DNA from: Dimargaris cristalligena
Taxonomy: Eukaryota
Assembly: GCA_003614675.1 (NCBI GenBank)
Contig: ML002316.1
Span: 1 to 42,648, forward strand
Reading direction: 5' to 3'
Length of the DNA stretch: 42,648 nt
Positions 1-13,596 of the stretch are shown here, piece after piece. The position numbers were made by a program, and so were the translations under genes. Numbering within the stretch: position 1 is the stretch's first letter; each line of letters opens with the position of its first letter. The notes beneath the pieces were generated by a model. That model worked only from the letters and a program-made list of their open reading frames with translations. It was not told where the DNA came from and made no database searches.

Positions 1-1750
1 TTTCTGTGGGGTGAAATATAAGTGGCTAATATGAATGATCTCATGATAGCAGAATAAACTAACGTAATTGGGTAAAAATAGGATAGAATAAAGAATATGT
101 AGGAATATATTCTTCAACAAAATATGCTAAGGTGGTCCAGGTAATGATAAGATGCTAGAAAATGGTGAAGAATATATAGATGCTGGGGTGATTGACTAAA
201 TAGGGCCAGTAAATGGGTGATTGGTGGGAATGGCTGACGTAGGGTAGTTTTTAGAAACTCTGGGGAGAATAGATAATTATGGAGTGGAAGGTCTTGATTG
301 CTTTGGATATGAATTGATGATATTAGAGGGGGGCTTTTGATGCTATTTATACTAGATTTTACCAATTGCACAATGTAGAAAAGGGGCCGGAAGGATATCA
401 AGAAATGGTGTCAGAGTTTACAGTGTCAAATGAAAGAAGTAGGATATCCATCACTAATTCCTTCAACATATGGACAACATACTGTATTTTGGTCAATACT
501 CCTCTATACTACCTATACAACCGAACAACTGAACAAATGTATCAATATAACTCTCACACTATTTAGTAAGGCTGCAGATTGCAATTTCAAAGAATTGTCG
601 TACGTGCATATTTTTTGACAAGGCTAGCCTGACACTGGTCAATAACATCATTATTTAGGTCGTATCCGCCTAGTGTATGTATTAGAGAGATCCCCCACCC
701 CTATTTCAATTCAGAAATTATACAATGGTAATGCAAGTCATATATGGATTAGTGAATGAAAAAATTACTAGCCAATCATAAAGTGAATGTATATATACCA
801 TAGATTATTTAAATTGGTTGAGCTAAGCGTCAAAGTGAGTATCACTGAAACCATGGTGTGCGATGGTGAGATCGCAAACCCCATTGTCAGTGCTCCCACA
901 GGTGATAGCGTTTCCATATGATCGTGGGGAATCTATCAGCGGTTATTTGGCGATTCACTTGGTCTCCGAATATGGGATCTCCTTAATCTCTGACATGAAC
1001 CGTAAGTCTCGAGACAAAGGGCGGATAGTAACAGTGAAGTGAGTAGCTAGGCTTAATGTTATGTTCCCTGTAAACTAGACTATACGCTATAGAGTGGTCC
1101 AAGTTTCAGATCTTTAGTATAATACGCAGATGGAGCTTGGCGAGGCATTCCAGAGTAGCCAACCAATATTATGTTCATATGTTCGGAGTACCCCATCCAT
1201 TTTGGGACCATGGGGTTTAATGCCATGTGGATATACACTGGAGCTCATATTTACTCCCTAGCGGCGTGAACAAGATTCGTCTTGGATGGCCTACTAATCC
1301 AGGTTTCTCTAGGGAGCGGGCGTATTATTTAAGTACGTTTATGGTTAATACGCGATAGCATTAATTGAGTTTACGGATCAAAAATATGCTAAAAATAGTG
1401 GTTTTGAGCGTAGGCGGCTAAAAGTCGGGCTGAACTTTTTAAAATAAACGAATATACTTTATCTATCAAAATTAAAATTAAACATCGATGTCGGAATCTT
1501 TGTTAATCAGTGCCATCATTAACTAACATGCGACGATCGACTAGTGCAGCCGTAAAATAGAAAATCCGCGTTTTGAGCGGGAATTGTCAAATCATAATTA
1601 TATATATTTATAAAACTCAGCTATCTTCTCTATGTCGAACATGAAAAATCGGGTTGCCTACACTGAGTCCTATGGCAATGAGTGCGCCGTGTGGTATATT
1701 TTCATCTGGTCGCGCCATTGATTCAGCTCTATTTAGCCATTGTGGCGTTC

Positions 1751-1894
1751 ATATGGGAGAGGTTCAACCAGGCTGTATAACGAACAATCCGTTGATTGAA
1801 GTGAATATTACTGGTTGAAAATAAATCTCCCATATATTATCCCATATACGTATCATTTAAAACCTTATACAGCTGGGCCGCATTTCACCCATAT
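1751..1894. mobile_element. MITE-like element with terminal inverted repeats, copy 1 (144 bp)
   Basis: Left end ATATGGGAGAGGTTCAACCAGGCTGTATAA; right end TTATACAGCTGGGCCGCATTTCACCCATAT (imperfect ~30-bp inverted repeat). Co-linear with 16743-16886, sharing the internal TACTGGTTGAAAATAAA. Non-coding. Confidence 0.7.
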
Positions 1895-2407
1895 CTTTTA
1901 CATACCGCGGTGAGGCCAGACGCTTCTTTAAATTGACACTATGCCAAAGCCTCGACAGTCGTACCAATATTCAGGAGTGACCAGTATGGGTACTGTTGCC
2001 TTTAAAATTAACCACCTGGTAGTGACCAATTTCTATATCGAGGTTAGGCTTTTATTCATATTTTTGGGGTATTTTCATAATAATAGAGAACCTGTGCAAG
2101 ATTCGCGACACGGCTGTCTATTGTGAATGGTATGTGCATGGGGGACTGGGTAGTAATACCATATCTTACCTAGTGGGTTATTCGATATACAGATGGGTTG
2201 AATTTGTTCGCTCAAAACTATATCAATAGAAAGAAGCAGGAATGCAATATATATTCAGCGGATAATACTTTTATTAAACGTGATGTAGGATATTAAGAAC
2301 TCGATACTTAGCTTAATATAAGAAATCGCTCGAGTTAGACGCCTTGGTTTGAGGCTCTTAATACCCCCACCTCTGTCACTGATGTGTGTGAGTAGGACTT
2401 ATTCTAA

Positions 2408-2500
2408 CTGTATAACGAACCATCTTTTTCGAAAAGCCATATATTATAGGTTTATTATCCCTTTCATATTTACATTTAATTCTCAGTTCTAGACAGCCAG
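2408..2500. repeat. Degenerate partial copy of the MITE-like repeat
   Basis: CTGTATAACGAAC at 2408-2420 is identical to copy 1; TTCTAGACAGCCAG at 2487-2500 resembles the right-hand TTATACAGCCAAG. Confidence 0.35.
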
Positions 2501-2848
2501 ACTTGATTTTATTACAGACATCGGCCTGATGGTCTGGATAGGCGGCCTCATCAACAGGTTACATAAAGGTAGGTACAGGCAGTGTGATGCGGTAGGTTAC
2601 ACAAAACCCTTTATTGGGGGGAAAGTAGCCAAAGAGGAATAGCGAGAGGGGTCTCAGGAAGACGACTATTCACCCAAAGGTTGGCTGGTGCGGGAGAGTA
2701 GGGAGAGAAGAAGTCCTTTCATTAAGCTACACTAACCACACCAAAGCAAAGTACTGTGGCTCTTATTCTTTAACCCGAGCGTAGAGCCGGAAAAAAAGGA
2801 CCATCGCTCCCCTAATTAGCCACCAATTTCTCCAACTCCACTACTAAA

Positions 2849-2991
2849 CTAGTGTGGGTGCTTGTAGCTGTGGCGGTTGAGCGCGTTCGCGTTTCTACAG
2901 CTATCGAGATTGGCTGTTTCCCCAGCATGTACCAACCGAGCCACTGTTGTTTGGCCTTGCGTTTCGGATTTCTTTACTGGGTTCACTCTAG
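2849..2991 (+). other. Candidate structured RNA in the TRM8 5' leader
   Basis: Closing helix 2849-2859/2981-2991 encloses hairpins 2865-2903, 2904-2939 and 2940-2955; G-U pairs favour the + strand. Confidence 0.4.
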
Positions 2992-3037
2992 CGCCTTTTC
3001 GCTCTGCTCATTCCAATTTTATTGTCCCTTTGCAACC

Positions 3038-4397
<1,360 letters not shown>

Positions 4398-5611
4398 ATG
4401 TCACCTAGGCTGGGCGAATAGCCCGAAGGGTGTTTGAATTTGCTTTATCATTTTATATAGACGATTGGCGGTAACGTTGGTACTGATATATCTTATGACT
4501 TCTGAATAAATAAGGTATTGGTCGTTTTTGACTGTTATCAAGTTGCTTGATTAATGCTTACCGAAGGAAGAGGGTATATTCGGTTGGTATTTGGTCCCCG
4601 TATTCAATAGGAGAGTATAGGGAGGGTATTATGGTGGGCCTAATTACCCTACCAGTCCAATCGTTCTATAGTGGTGGTATGCGGTTGGGATACCTTTTTA
4701 TTACACTGATTCCAACCAATTTTTTTCGTGGTCACCTGACTACTAATTCACAGGTCCTATCTAGTGCGTGAGTTCTATAACCAAAATTGGCCAGTAAAAA
4801 AAAGGATCATTCTATACACTCCAGTTGTTAACCGGGCAGAGAGGTTCCTGCATGCTCCCACAAGTCCCAATTACTAAATGGCGGCAGTATTTATAACCAT
4901 CGGGTAGTGGGCACCAGGTTGGATCCCTATGTTTCACAACATTTATATGTGGAATTAACAGCGTGGATATGCCAGAAGCATTACTTTTAAGGAATGGTTC
5001 GAGATGTTTAACGCTAGGTTATTCACACTAGACTAAACTCTGGCAGTTGCAATTAAAACACCGTGGCAGATCAGAGCCTCCTTCGGGATACTCGCGGTAC
5101 TCATTCCTTGACGCCTTGGCACCTAGCACGCCAACATATATACATTTCCTTTACTTTCCAATAAACGAAACACTAAACAACTGCTAATGATTCCTCTTTT
5201 CAATCGTCTTTTATAACCAAGGTTTACTTCCTTTGTATAAATGTGAGAGGGTTATTTCCTCAAGAGAAGTCCCGAAAACTAAAGATAAAAAGGGTTACGA
5301 GATCGAGCCCAAAAATGGGCATATTTTTGACAGTCTAGTTTGGGCTTTATCTAACTAAGCGACATCCCTTCCGCAGTATTCATTAACCACATATACCCGC
5401 CCCCAACGACGACAGCCTTGCATTATTTTCCCCTCACCTTATCCAAAGTGCATATACTTGGGCTTCAATCACTCACAACGTCTACTTCTTCCAGATTCCT
5501 TTGCCTGCCTTCACTTTCCCCATGTTCAACCCGGCCCCTTCGGCCAACCCATAACTGTTTTTGACCCTCCCCAGCCTTAATCTCATTCACTTACCCATTC
5601 CCAACTCCACC

Positions 5612-6036
5612 ATGTCACACGGTGGCAAAATGGCCCTCCTGGCCTCGCTCATTTTCTCCGGGGCCGTCATTTACGGGGTCCACTACCAACAGCGTCAAGA
5701 GCGAGAGGTAAGTCCAGCCCGAGTAGGCCAGATGCAACGATCTCCCTCCATTAGCACCCCCATGTATAACTGGAAAAGAGGGGAGAGACTACTTGGTTCC
5801 CTTCTATTTACACCACTCTTCCATCGCCTCTCCTCCTCCTCTATAACATACCCAAATCCGTATCCCTATGCCATGTACAACAACACCCTTCCCCCCTTGA
5901 AACCTTCAAGATTATGCATTACGGTATTATCAAGGACGAAGAACGGCGTCGCCGTAAACTACAAAACCAGGCCGAGCTCGAAGTCCAGCGGTCGCTGCAG
6001 GCGGAATACGAAAAGGAACAGAACATTAGTCGGTAG
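5612..6036 (+). CDS. PET117: Cytochrome c oxidase assembly factor Pet117, 73 aa
   Basis: Exons 5612-5707 and 5911-6036: MSHGGKMALLASLIFSGAVIYGVHYQQRQERE|IMHYGIIKDEERRRRKLQNQAELEVQRSLQAEYEKEQNISR. Matches the Pet117 pattern (TM helix, VH-Q--ER--MH-G--KD-ER). Confidence 0.9.
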
Positions 6037-7261
6037 ACCTCTCCTCGTTTGCATTCGCAGTATATCCTTACCCTTTATGTTTCATTACTATCACCAATAA
6101 ATGTATAGATAGATATAGACCCCGTTTGATTCATTAGGGTGGACCGTTGCCTCCCGGCTCCTTATATTGCGACCGACAGGTTGCCAAATGAATAATGCAC
6201 TATCATCGGCTGTGTTGTATTGTGGCGATGCAATGAACCAAATAAGTTTACATAGACCCGATTCTAACTATGTATAAAAGAGGCAGTACTTGCTATCGAT
6301 TTTGTGGTTTAGCGGCATATTCAACAAATCAGGCCGATTTACTCCTTGTAAAAACTGTGGAAGAGTAAGGGGGGTTCTAGTCACCCAGCACTTCGTTTAT
6401 TATATAACTAACCCCACCCGAAATAGCATGCCTTAGTTAAGTACCAAACCAACCACTTTAACCCTCGATGGTACAATCCTGGCATAGACCATCAACCGTA
6501 ACTGAGCATCCAAGATATACCTCTAAACAGCTAGGTTAGCTACACTCTACCCTCTGACCTTCAGAAATTCAAGCAACATTATACCATGACCAAAGGTGGG
6601 GGGGGAGTGGATACATCCAGCTCCTAATAGGTCAAGTCACAAACGCTGGGGGTATTACAAACCATTATATTATTAGTTCATTGGTAATTGTTGGCTAAGC
6701 CAAGAAAGTGGAGGGTGGCAAAACGGCCCCAGTCAAGTAACACAGGTGGATAATGGGTTTAAAAATATAACAAACGATGGGCGTATATGTATTATGTAAG
6801 CGCAATAATAAAGATAGAAGTAATAGTATGTCGAATAGTCGGGGGTAGGCAGTATGAGATATGTAAAAAGTATACAAAAAGGGAGTGGGGTTGTACAAGT
6901 GAGAAGAGAATGATGATACACGAGTAAACAAAATAGTAAACATATGGCAAGATATTAAGTAAAAAGACGGTCAAGAGTGGCATTGGCCCAGTGAAGCACC
7001 AACTCCATAGAAAGGGAAACTGTAGAAGCAGAAACCAAATGACCCGAGAGTTCGAATAACCTCGAATGAAAATAAACAAAATGAATGATTTTCAAGTAAG
7101 CAGGTTAATTGACTCAAAGTAGCCGGAAATCATTAAAAAAAATAGGAATGATAAGCCATACCAAAGGGCAAAAAATAAAATAAAATTGTGTAGTAAACCG
7201 GTGGGGTATAAACAAGTTCCCAAAAGGAATCGCAACCCAGGTATCAGGGATTACGCAGGCA

Positions 7262-9970
7262 TTACACAATATCCCATGATCCAAAACACCGGCGGCTGGT
7301 TTGGTTGACGGCAAATGTGGTTAGACGGTCGGCAATTCCAACATAGAGACTATTGCAGTCGGGTGTGAAAGAGAAGCCAGTAATTTTCTGGCCATCGGGG
7401 GCAACGCGAATACGCTGGATGTCCTCGAAATTGCGGGTGTCGATGACATTAATGTAGTTCGTCTGCTCGGAAAAGACCATCAGGTCGGTTGAATAGCCAG
7501 GCGAGAACTTGACCACTCGACAGGCACCACCAGTACGAGGGTGCTAGATAGTAGGAAAATATTATTTTAAAACACAGCCGTACAGTACCATATCATAATA
7601 AATTGTTAGTCTAGTGTATTGTATAGGGCAGGGTATGACTAGTTAAGATTACTTGTGTGGAGGTAGGGGTGGTAAGGGGAGTTGGACTCGAATACTCACC
7701 TGTGTGGAGCGAATTTCTCTGAACTTCTTTTGGCTGCGAATGTCAAAGATGTCAATAAAGCCATCGGCGGTGGCAACTGCAAACATATCGGACAATTGGT
7801 TCCAGTTGCAGGAGTATGATGCGTTGTGGAAGGTGTTAAACGATTGGACAGGGGTGTAGGTAGACCCGCGTACATCGAAGAGTTTCACTGCCTGGTCGTC
7901 GGTCACCACCACCATTTTACGCCCGTCAGGACTGACCGAGGCGTAGTTGACGGAATAGAGCATAGGGATTTTCTTAATGATGCGCAGGTCGGGTAAGGAC
8001 AGCACTCGGATATTGCCGTCATTGTTGCAGGCCAATAGATGGGGTTCAGACGGTGGCCGACATCCCGCCGGTAGGTAGATGGGATTGTAGTTGAAGGATA
8101 GGTGGTTGTTGATGTCCTTGCCAATGTGGTGGGTCCGGGACTGGTTGCAGTATGAGTCGTAGATCGAGATTTCGCTGCTTTCACCCGATGTGACTGAGTA
8201 TCCGTATCTAATCGATGGACAGCAGAAGTGAGAGGGGGGGGGTAATTGATGCATTGTGGGGACATGGTGGATATTAGTGATGCATAACAATCTAAACGGA
8301 ATGCAACAAATCAGGATTTAGTGGATGATTGGGGCGGAAACGTGTAGAGGTGTTTGGCAATCACGGGAAACACCGATATGCTTTAACTACCAAGGTACCT
8401 AAATCGCAGCGATGCGACTGTGTCTAATAAAAACTTACCCGACATTTAGGCTAACGGACTTGAAGTCGAATTTGTGAGGGGTAGTTTCAACCTAGGGTGG
8501 GAAAAATAATAGACGGGTGTAAGGGAACCATCGCATGACACACCCATGGTTAAATCACACACCAGAATAATTATTTACCCCCTTCCGCCTCAGACAGTAC
8601 AGCTATCCTTGGTCGTCCATGGTGTGTATAGGAATAGTCCAATGGAACATAAGACACGCCAGCAGGAAGAGGAGACGATGGTCGGATGAACAGCCAGGTC
8701 CCCGCCGGGGTGTCTGAGTGACCCATACACCAACGAGGATGGAGGGGATCGATTACGGAATTACAACAAAAAAAAAAGACTCACCTGCTGAGTGACCTGG
8801 TTGAACTTCTGCACCCGATAGTCATTGAGGTAGTATACTTCGGACTGGCTTTCGGGGCATACAACACAGTCTTGCAGTTGCCTAAGTGGGGGAAATGGAA
8901 AAGGGTGGGGGGGATACGTGTGGGGGAAAACGGACACTTGTTAAAGCGAGTGACTAGTGTAGGAGCCCCTTCACCGTTGGTCGATATATAGACGACGGAC
9001 CAGACCACCACCCCTGCTGCGCGGTGGTCGATGGAGTGGGAAAAATGAAAGACAGGGGCTTACCAGTGCTGGGCGGTAGACTTAAGGGTATATTCCTTAG
9101 TCCGATTAATGAATACGCTACCACGTCTGTAGAGAAGCGGAGGGATGTACATTATAAACGGAATATTTGGGAAGAGAAAATTAGATTAGTTAAGGAACAA
9201 GCTGGCAGAGTACTTTAGGATTAATTAGCCACCCCCCACTGATACCCAAAAAAACTATGTATCCGATTAGATTCAGGAAGCACAGTGGTGATAAACATGA
9301 ATGCGCATAGGGGCTGGGTAAATGAATGAATGAATGCCGGAGGAACTGAACGGGGGGGGGGATTAAAGTGAGATGGAATGGAGGTGGTGCGAGGCATGAA
9401 ATGAATGAATGCGCACCAAGGAAAGGGCCCACTGCCTCACTTGAACCCTTTTGCCACTCAATGTGGCTGCAAGGGGGAGTGAATCGAGGCGTAGGAATGA
9501 CCGGATTCCTCTAACGCTTTCCCTATTTTAGAGGCCCAGCAGCTAGTTAACTAGCCTTATGGCCCATCAATGTGAAAGTTCCACCAACACGCCCAATCGG
9601 CCACTGGTGTACACACCGTTCCAGCAGTTTGTTGACAATATATGCCAAATACCCACCCCACCTCCAATGGCCGGTATATTTCGGAACCGGCGAGCGGAGC
9701 GGAATGGGGCGGGTGGCCTTCCATTCATTATTGAAAACAGCACGAGGCATGGGCGAGGATTGTCCCCTCAGTCTCTGACCACCATGGTCAAGCGGGATAG
9801 CATAGCTAAAACATGACTCCAAGCAGAGGCAAAGGACTGTCCCACTGTACCTTAGCCTACACCCGCTGTGCCACTCCAGGTTCGACGGAGTTGCTACCGC
9901 CATAGAGAACCCTTCTTCTGATAGCTATAATAGAAGGGTTAACTTACTCAGTGTAGGGAACCTTGGTCAT
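7262..9970 (-). CDS. WD40-repeat protein, DUF2415-like family, ~341 aa
   Basis: Exons 9970-9948, 9126-9064, 8881-8785, 8491-8439, 8207-7700, 7543-7262 join in frame with canonical GT-AG ends. Motifs QHWQLQD, LLACNND, VNYASVSPDGRKMVVVTD, FAVATADG, GACRVVKFSP, DLMVFSEQTNYINVIDTR. The first exon (MTKVPYTE) is the least certain. Confidence 0.85.
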
Positions 9971-10726
9971 TGTGTAAGGGTAAGGGCGGTACGAGTTTGA
10001 AGGAAACGGGGCAAGGGTGGTGGTAAGGTACGACGACTAGACCAAATGGGTCTACCAAGCGACCAATGGAGGGGGTTGACGAAGCGGACGAAGGAGTAAT
10101 AGTACGAACTGCTAGGTAAAGAAGAGGTCGATAGACAGGTAGGTGGCTTGGCTGGAGTATAAGTATACGTAGTGACAGCCTTTTGAAAAGAGGGAATGGC
10201 CGGAGTTTGCGGGAGAGTATATGCAGTCAATGGGAATGAGGAGGGGAAAAGGTAAGAGGGAAAGTTTTGGGGTATGGCAGGAAGGGGGAGGAGGGGGGTA
10301 CTTAAAGAGCAAGGCTATGCTAAGTAGCCGAGAAGGAATATATAGAGAAGGACTATGTGGCAGTAGTAGAAGTCATCGTTATTTACAAGTCCGGAGGCGG
10401 ACCCGGCAGCAGTAATTATAGCACTGCGGACCGTAAACCCCCATCACGCACACAGCCATTGCTACCCTACACATGCACAATAATAGCTTGCTTTGGGTGT
10501 CATCCACCTCCCCTCCTCCCCCTCCAGCCTCTTTCTCTTACAAGCGAGAGAGAGAACATATAGCAGGATTTGAGGTGTGCGTGGGTGTAGAGAGGAGAGC
10601 CGCGGTGGTAACATGACCACCCATCTCCCACGTCCAATCACACCCCCACACACTCACTTCCATCTACCGTATATATAAGGTGGACAATACCCTTGGCTGG
10701 ACGGGGAAGAGAGGAAATAATAGGTA

Positions 10727-10775
10727 AGTAGTAGTAGTAGTGGTGGCAGTAGTAGTTGTTGTAGTGGTAGTAGTA
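10727..10775. repeat. Imperfect (GTA/GTG/GTT)n trinucleotide repeat
   Basis: agtagtagtagtagtggtggcagtagtagttgttgtagtggtagtagtag. Confidence 0.75.
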
Positions 10776-11719
10776 GAGGAGGACACCGGTCAGATGGTCC
10801 CGGCCCGCACAGAATACCCACGCACCCCCTCCCGCTTGTTTATGTGCCACCCGTTCTCAGGGCCCGCCCCGCTATGGGATCTCTTGCCCATACCCTTCCA
10901 TTCATTATACCTTCCAGCAAGGAAGAAAGTCCTTTCCTTACATTCTGAGATATATATATATATATGTATGTATGCGCGCATACATTCCGTCTGATCCGGC
11001 CTGTATGCGCAGAGAAAGAGAGAGAGACAGAGAGTAGAGGACCCTGGTGGCTACATAGTGTCTCATCTGGTGGATGGCACTGAGGGTGATAAATAGGCCC
11101 CCAACCACATTTAGACATAGCCCACCGATCCATGTAGTCCTTTAGGGAAATTCCGACAGCCTATTACTGTCGTTGCAGTTGCTGCTGCTGCTACTTTGCA
11201 AGCGAAGGGCTTCCCGTCCTATCTAGGGTATATGAAGAAGCGCCTGGGAGTGAGCAACCTTCACTCCCCGATACTTTCCTTCAGGAACGAAGCCACTGAC
11301 TCCAGTCTAGACACTGAAAGGATTTCAGGGCCGTGGAGATCCTCGGGTCAATTAATCAAAACTATTCAGGAATCGCCCTTCCTCCTCTTTGATTTGGCCG
11401 CACTGTCTCACCGTTTGGACAGTCGCTTTGTTACTATTTCCGCATTTCATTTTCCCAAACCCAGCCCTGTTCCACCTTCCTTTTCTGGTCCCCATGTCCA
11501 GCACCATCTACATGTATCGGGGATGTTAGTCTCGTGATAACGAAGATGGAGATAGAGATGGTGCCAACTAAGGGCTATCGGGCTGGCCCACGGGGATCTT
11601 GAAACCCCTTGGTTGACCCTGCCGCCCCAATTCCCTGTAAACAACCTTATTATTATTATCAAAGAATGCACCGGAGTCCAGAATATGATACATACAATCA
11701 ACACTACTACTAGTACCAC

Positions 11720-11748
11720 TATTATTACTATTATTATTATTATTATTT
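11720..11748. repeat. (ATT)n microsatellite
   Basis: attattactattattattattattattt. Confidence 0.8.
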
Positions 11749-11976
11749 GGAAGGCATACCCCTCCCCAATAGGCTCACTCAGCACAGACCCCCTCTCCCC
11801 AACTACAACCAATCTATGAGATGACTGAAGAGGTCATACGCCAAACGGCTGCTCTACCCATTCATGTTTTATGTAAGCGTGGCTCTCACGCACTGTATGT
11901 ATTATGGATTCCTCCTCCTTCATCCTCCTCCACCTGTTCAGTAAAGCAATAAAACGACCAACCCGGTGGCAGGCGG

Positions 11977-12473
11977 TTAGCCACCACTCACCGGTGGGAT
12001 GAGGGCCACCTCGTCGTTGGGCTTCACCCATACTTGATCACACCCGGTCCCCTGGGGCACGTACTCTTGGTTCAAGGCCACCATGCACCGGTCCACCACC
12101 GCCTGAAGCCCCGGGTGTTTAGCGACGCAACGGGCGAGAACCTCTTGCACTGATATCCGCAGTCCGCTCCCGTCCGGACCCGACTGGCAAGTGGGAGGGT
12201 AGTCGAAGGACTCCGACGTTGTGTCATTGGCTGCCTCACGGGCCGACGCAAAGTAGTAAACCTTGTATTGCGGTGACTGTAGGAGTCCGGGGGGTGGAGA
12301 CAAGAGCAAACGGGGAGGAGAGGTGTAGTAGATTTAGGGAAAAGGGGTGAATAATAGAAGTCGGGGAACACAGCCCATGGGACGCATATACGAAGAGGGA
12401 AGAATACACCTGGGTTTGGGCACTGGGCCAGGGCCGAGTCACCTGGCCATACCATACTGCTTACCTGGGCCAT
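11977..12473 (-). CDS. MOCS2A: Molybdopterin synthase sulfur carrier subunit (MoaD/MOCS2A/CnxG), 102 aa
   Basis: Exon 12473-12465 (MAQ, donor GTAAGC) and exon 12276-11977: KVYYFASAREAA...MVALNQEY...DEVALIPPVSGG-stop. Ubiquitin-like fold ending in the diagnostic Gly-Gly. Confidence 0.93.
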
Positions 12474-13429
12474 GGGTCAAATTAGCCCGACTAGAAAGGA
12501 ATGCGTGGGTTAATGGAGGTGGTGAATGAAGATGGGCTCTTGGCTCAAGCAAGCTAGAAGAGAAGGGAATGGTTGTGAGGGTAAGTTGGAAAAGGACGAT
12601 GCTGGGGGGCAAATTGGCATTAGAGTACCCTTCCCCAGGGAAACTTTCTCACTGTACCGTACTGTCACGTTGAAGCGAGTAACGGGATGGCTTAGAGTGA
12701 GGGTGGTGCATAAATAAACCCAGAGTCACACGTTGTTCCCAGACCTCAACAATCCTAGTTTTTATAGCACTAGAAAGTAGGCTATATGCTATATGGTTAG
12801 AGAGACACATACATACTCCTTAATGGGGACTATTTACCAGGTCTCTTGTCCAGCCCCTCTCTCCCTCTTATCTGGCTAGTGCCGTAGCCAAGGTGCAGTG
12901 ACTGCGTTTTTGCCTCTCCGATTTGACTAGTCCGTTTTTGGTCAGAGTGAGTATGTTGTTTGGCAAACGCTGTTTCCTCCCTCTTTAACGCACCTAGGCC
13001 AGTGGCATTTGTTATACAGCTAAACCACACGAGCCCACCCCCACCCTAGCTGGTGTGGTTGGCCCACGGTCTGTATTATCTATTTCAGCAGGTGATCGAG
13101 AAAGAAGGAAATAGGAGTATGTGAATATAGAAAAGCATACATTCCCAGCGGATAAGAGGAGTTCTTCCCGCCTATTGGCTGTCCGGTGGTTGGGGTAATT
13201 GGTAGGGATTGGCGGGCTTGTTTAGAATGGGCTGCTGCGGCAACACGGGGCGGTTGTTTCTTCCTCATTGCATTACCTAGTTGCTGGTTTGGGTGGATGT
13301 TACACACATTTCCTCGGTATGTTCGATTTCCACCCAACCTATAGTCTGCGATTCCTTAGCAAATCTCTCTTCTTCTCCATCCATCCATTTTATTAGATTA
13401 ATCCGTAGATGTTGCTGGAACCATCGATG

Positions 13430-13441
13430 ATGAGTCACGTG
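13430..13441. promoter_or_regulatory. Overlapping AP-1/Gcn4-type (TGAGTCA) and E-box/Cbf1-type (GTCACGTG) motif
   Basis: ATGAGTCACGTG in the divergent intergenic region between MOCS2A and mitochondrial HSP70. Motif match only. Confidence 0.3.
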
Positions 13442-13564
13442 CTGATTACCTGCCCCATTGGCTTGATGGTTCAGGAAGCAGTACTATATAGCCTATATGA
13501 CGCTTAAACCTATCCTAACTGCGGTTTATCACAGCAGCAGTGGGTGCAAGGCTTTCCAAGTTAA

Positions 13565-13594
<30 letters not shown>
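13565..13594. repeat. (TAG)10 microsatellite
   Basis: Perfect tag repeat run. Confidence 0.9.

Positions 13595-13596
<2 letters not shown>

Noticed and set aside
1-620. Short ORFs in the CpG-poor left edge
   Set aside because: No recognisable motif; possibly decayed repeat, but not supportable.
5561-6100. 179-aa ORF over PET117
   Set aside because: Read-through of the 203-nt intron; the spliced 73-aa product matches the family.
10976-11010. 9-bp hairpin GCGCATACA/TGTATGCGC containing CTGAT, as a hammerhead ribozyme
   Set aside because: Lacks the CUGANGA and GAAA core; isolated hairpin beside low-complexity repeats.
11834-12031. ORF overlapping the MOCS2A stop as a bicistronic MOCS2B partner
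   Set aside because: No MoaE/MOCS2B motifs (GA..F.G..R, LEYEAY) in this ORF.
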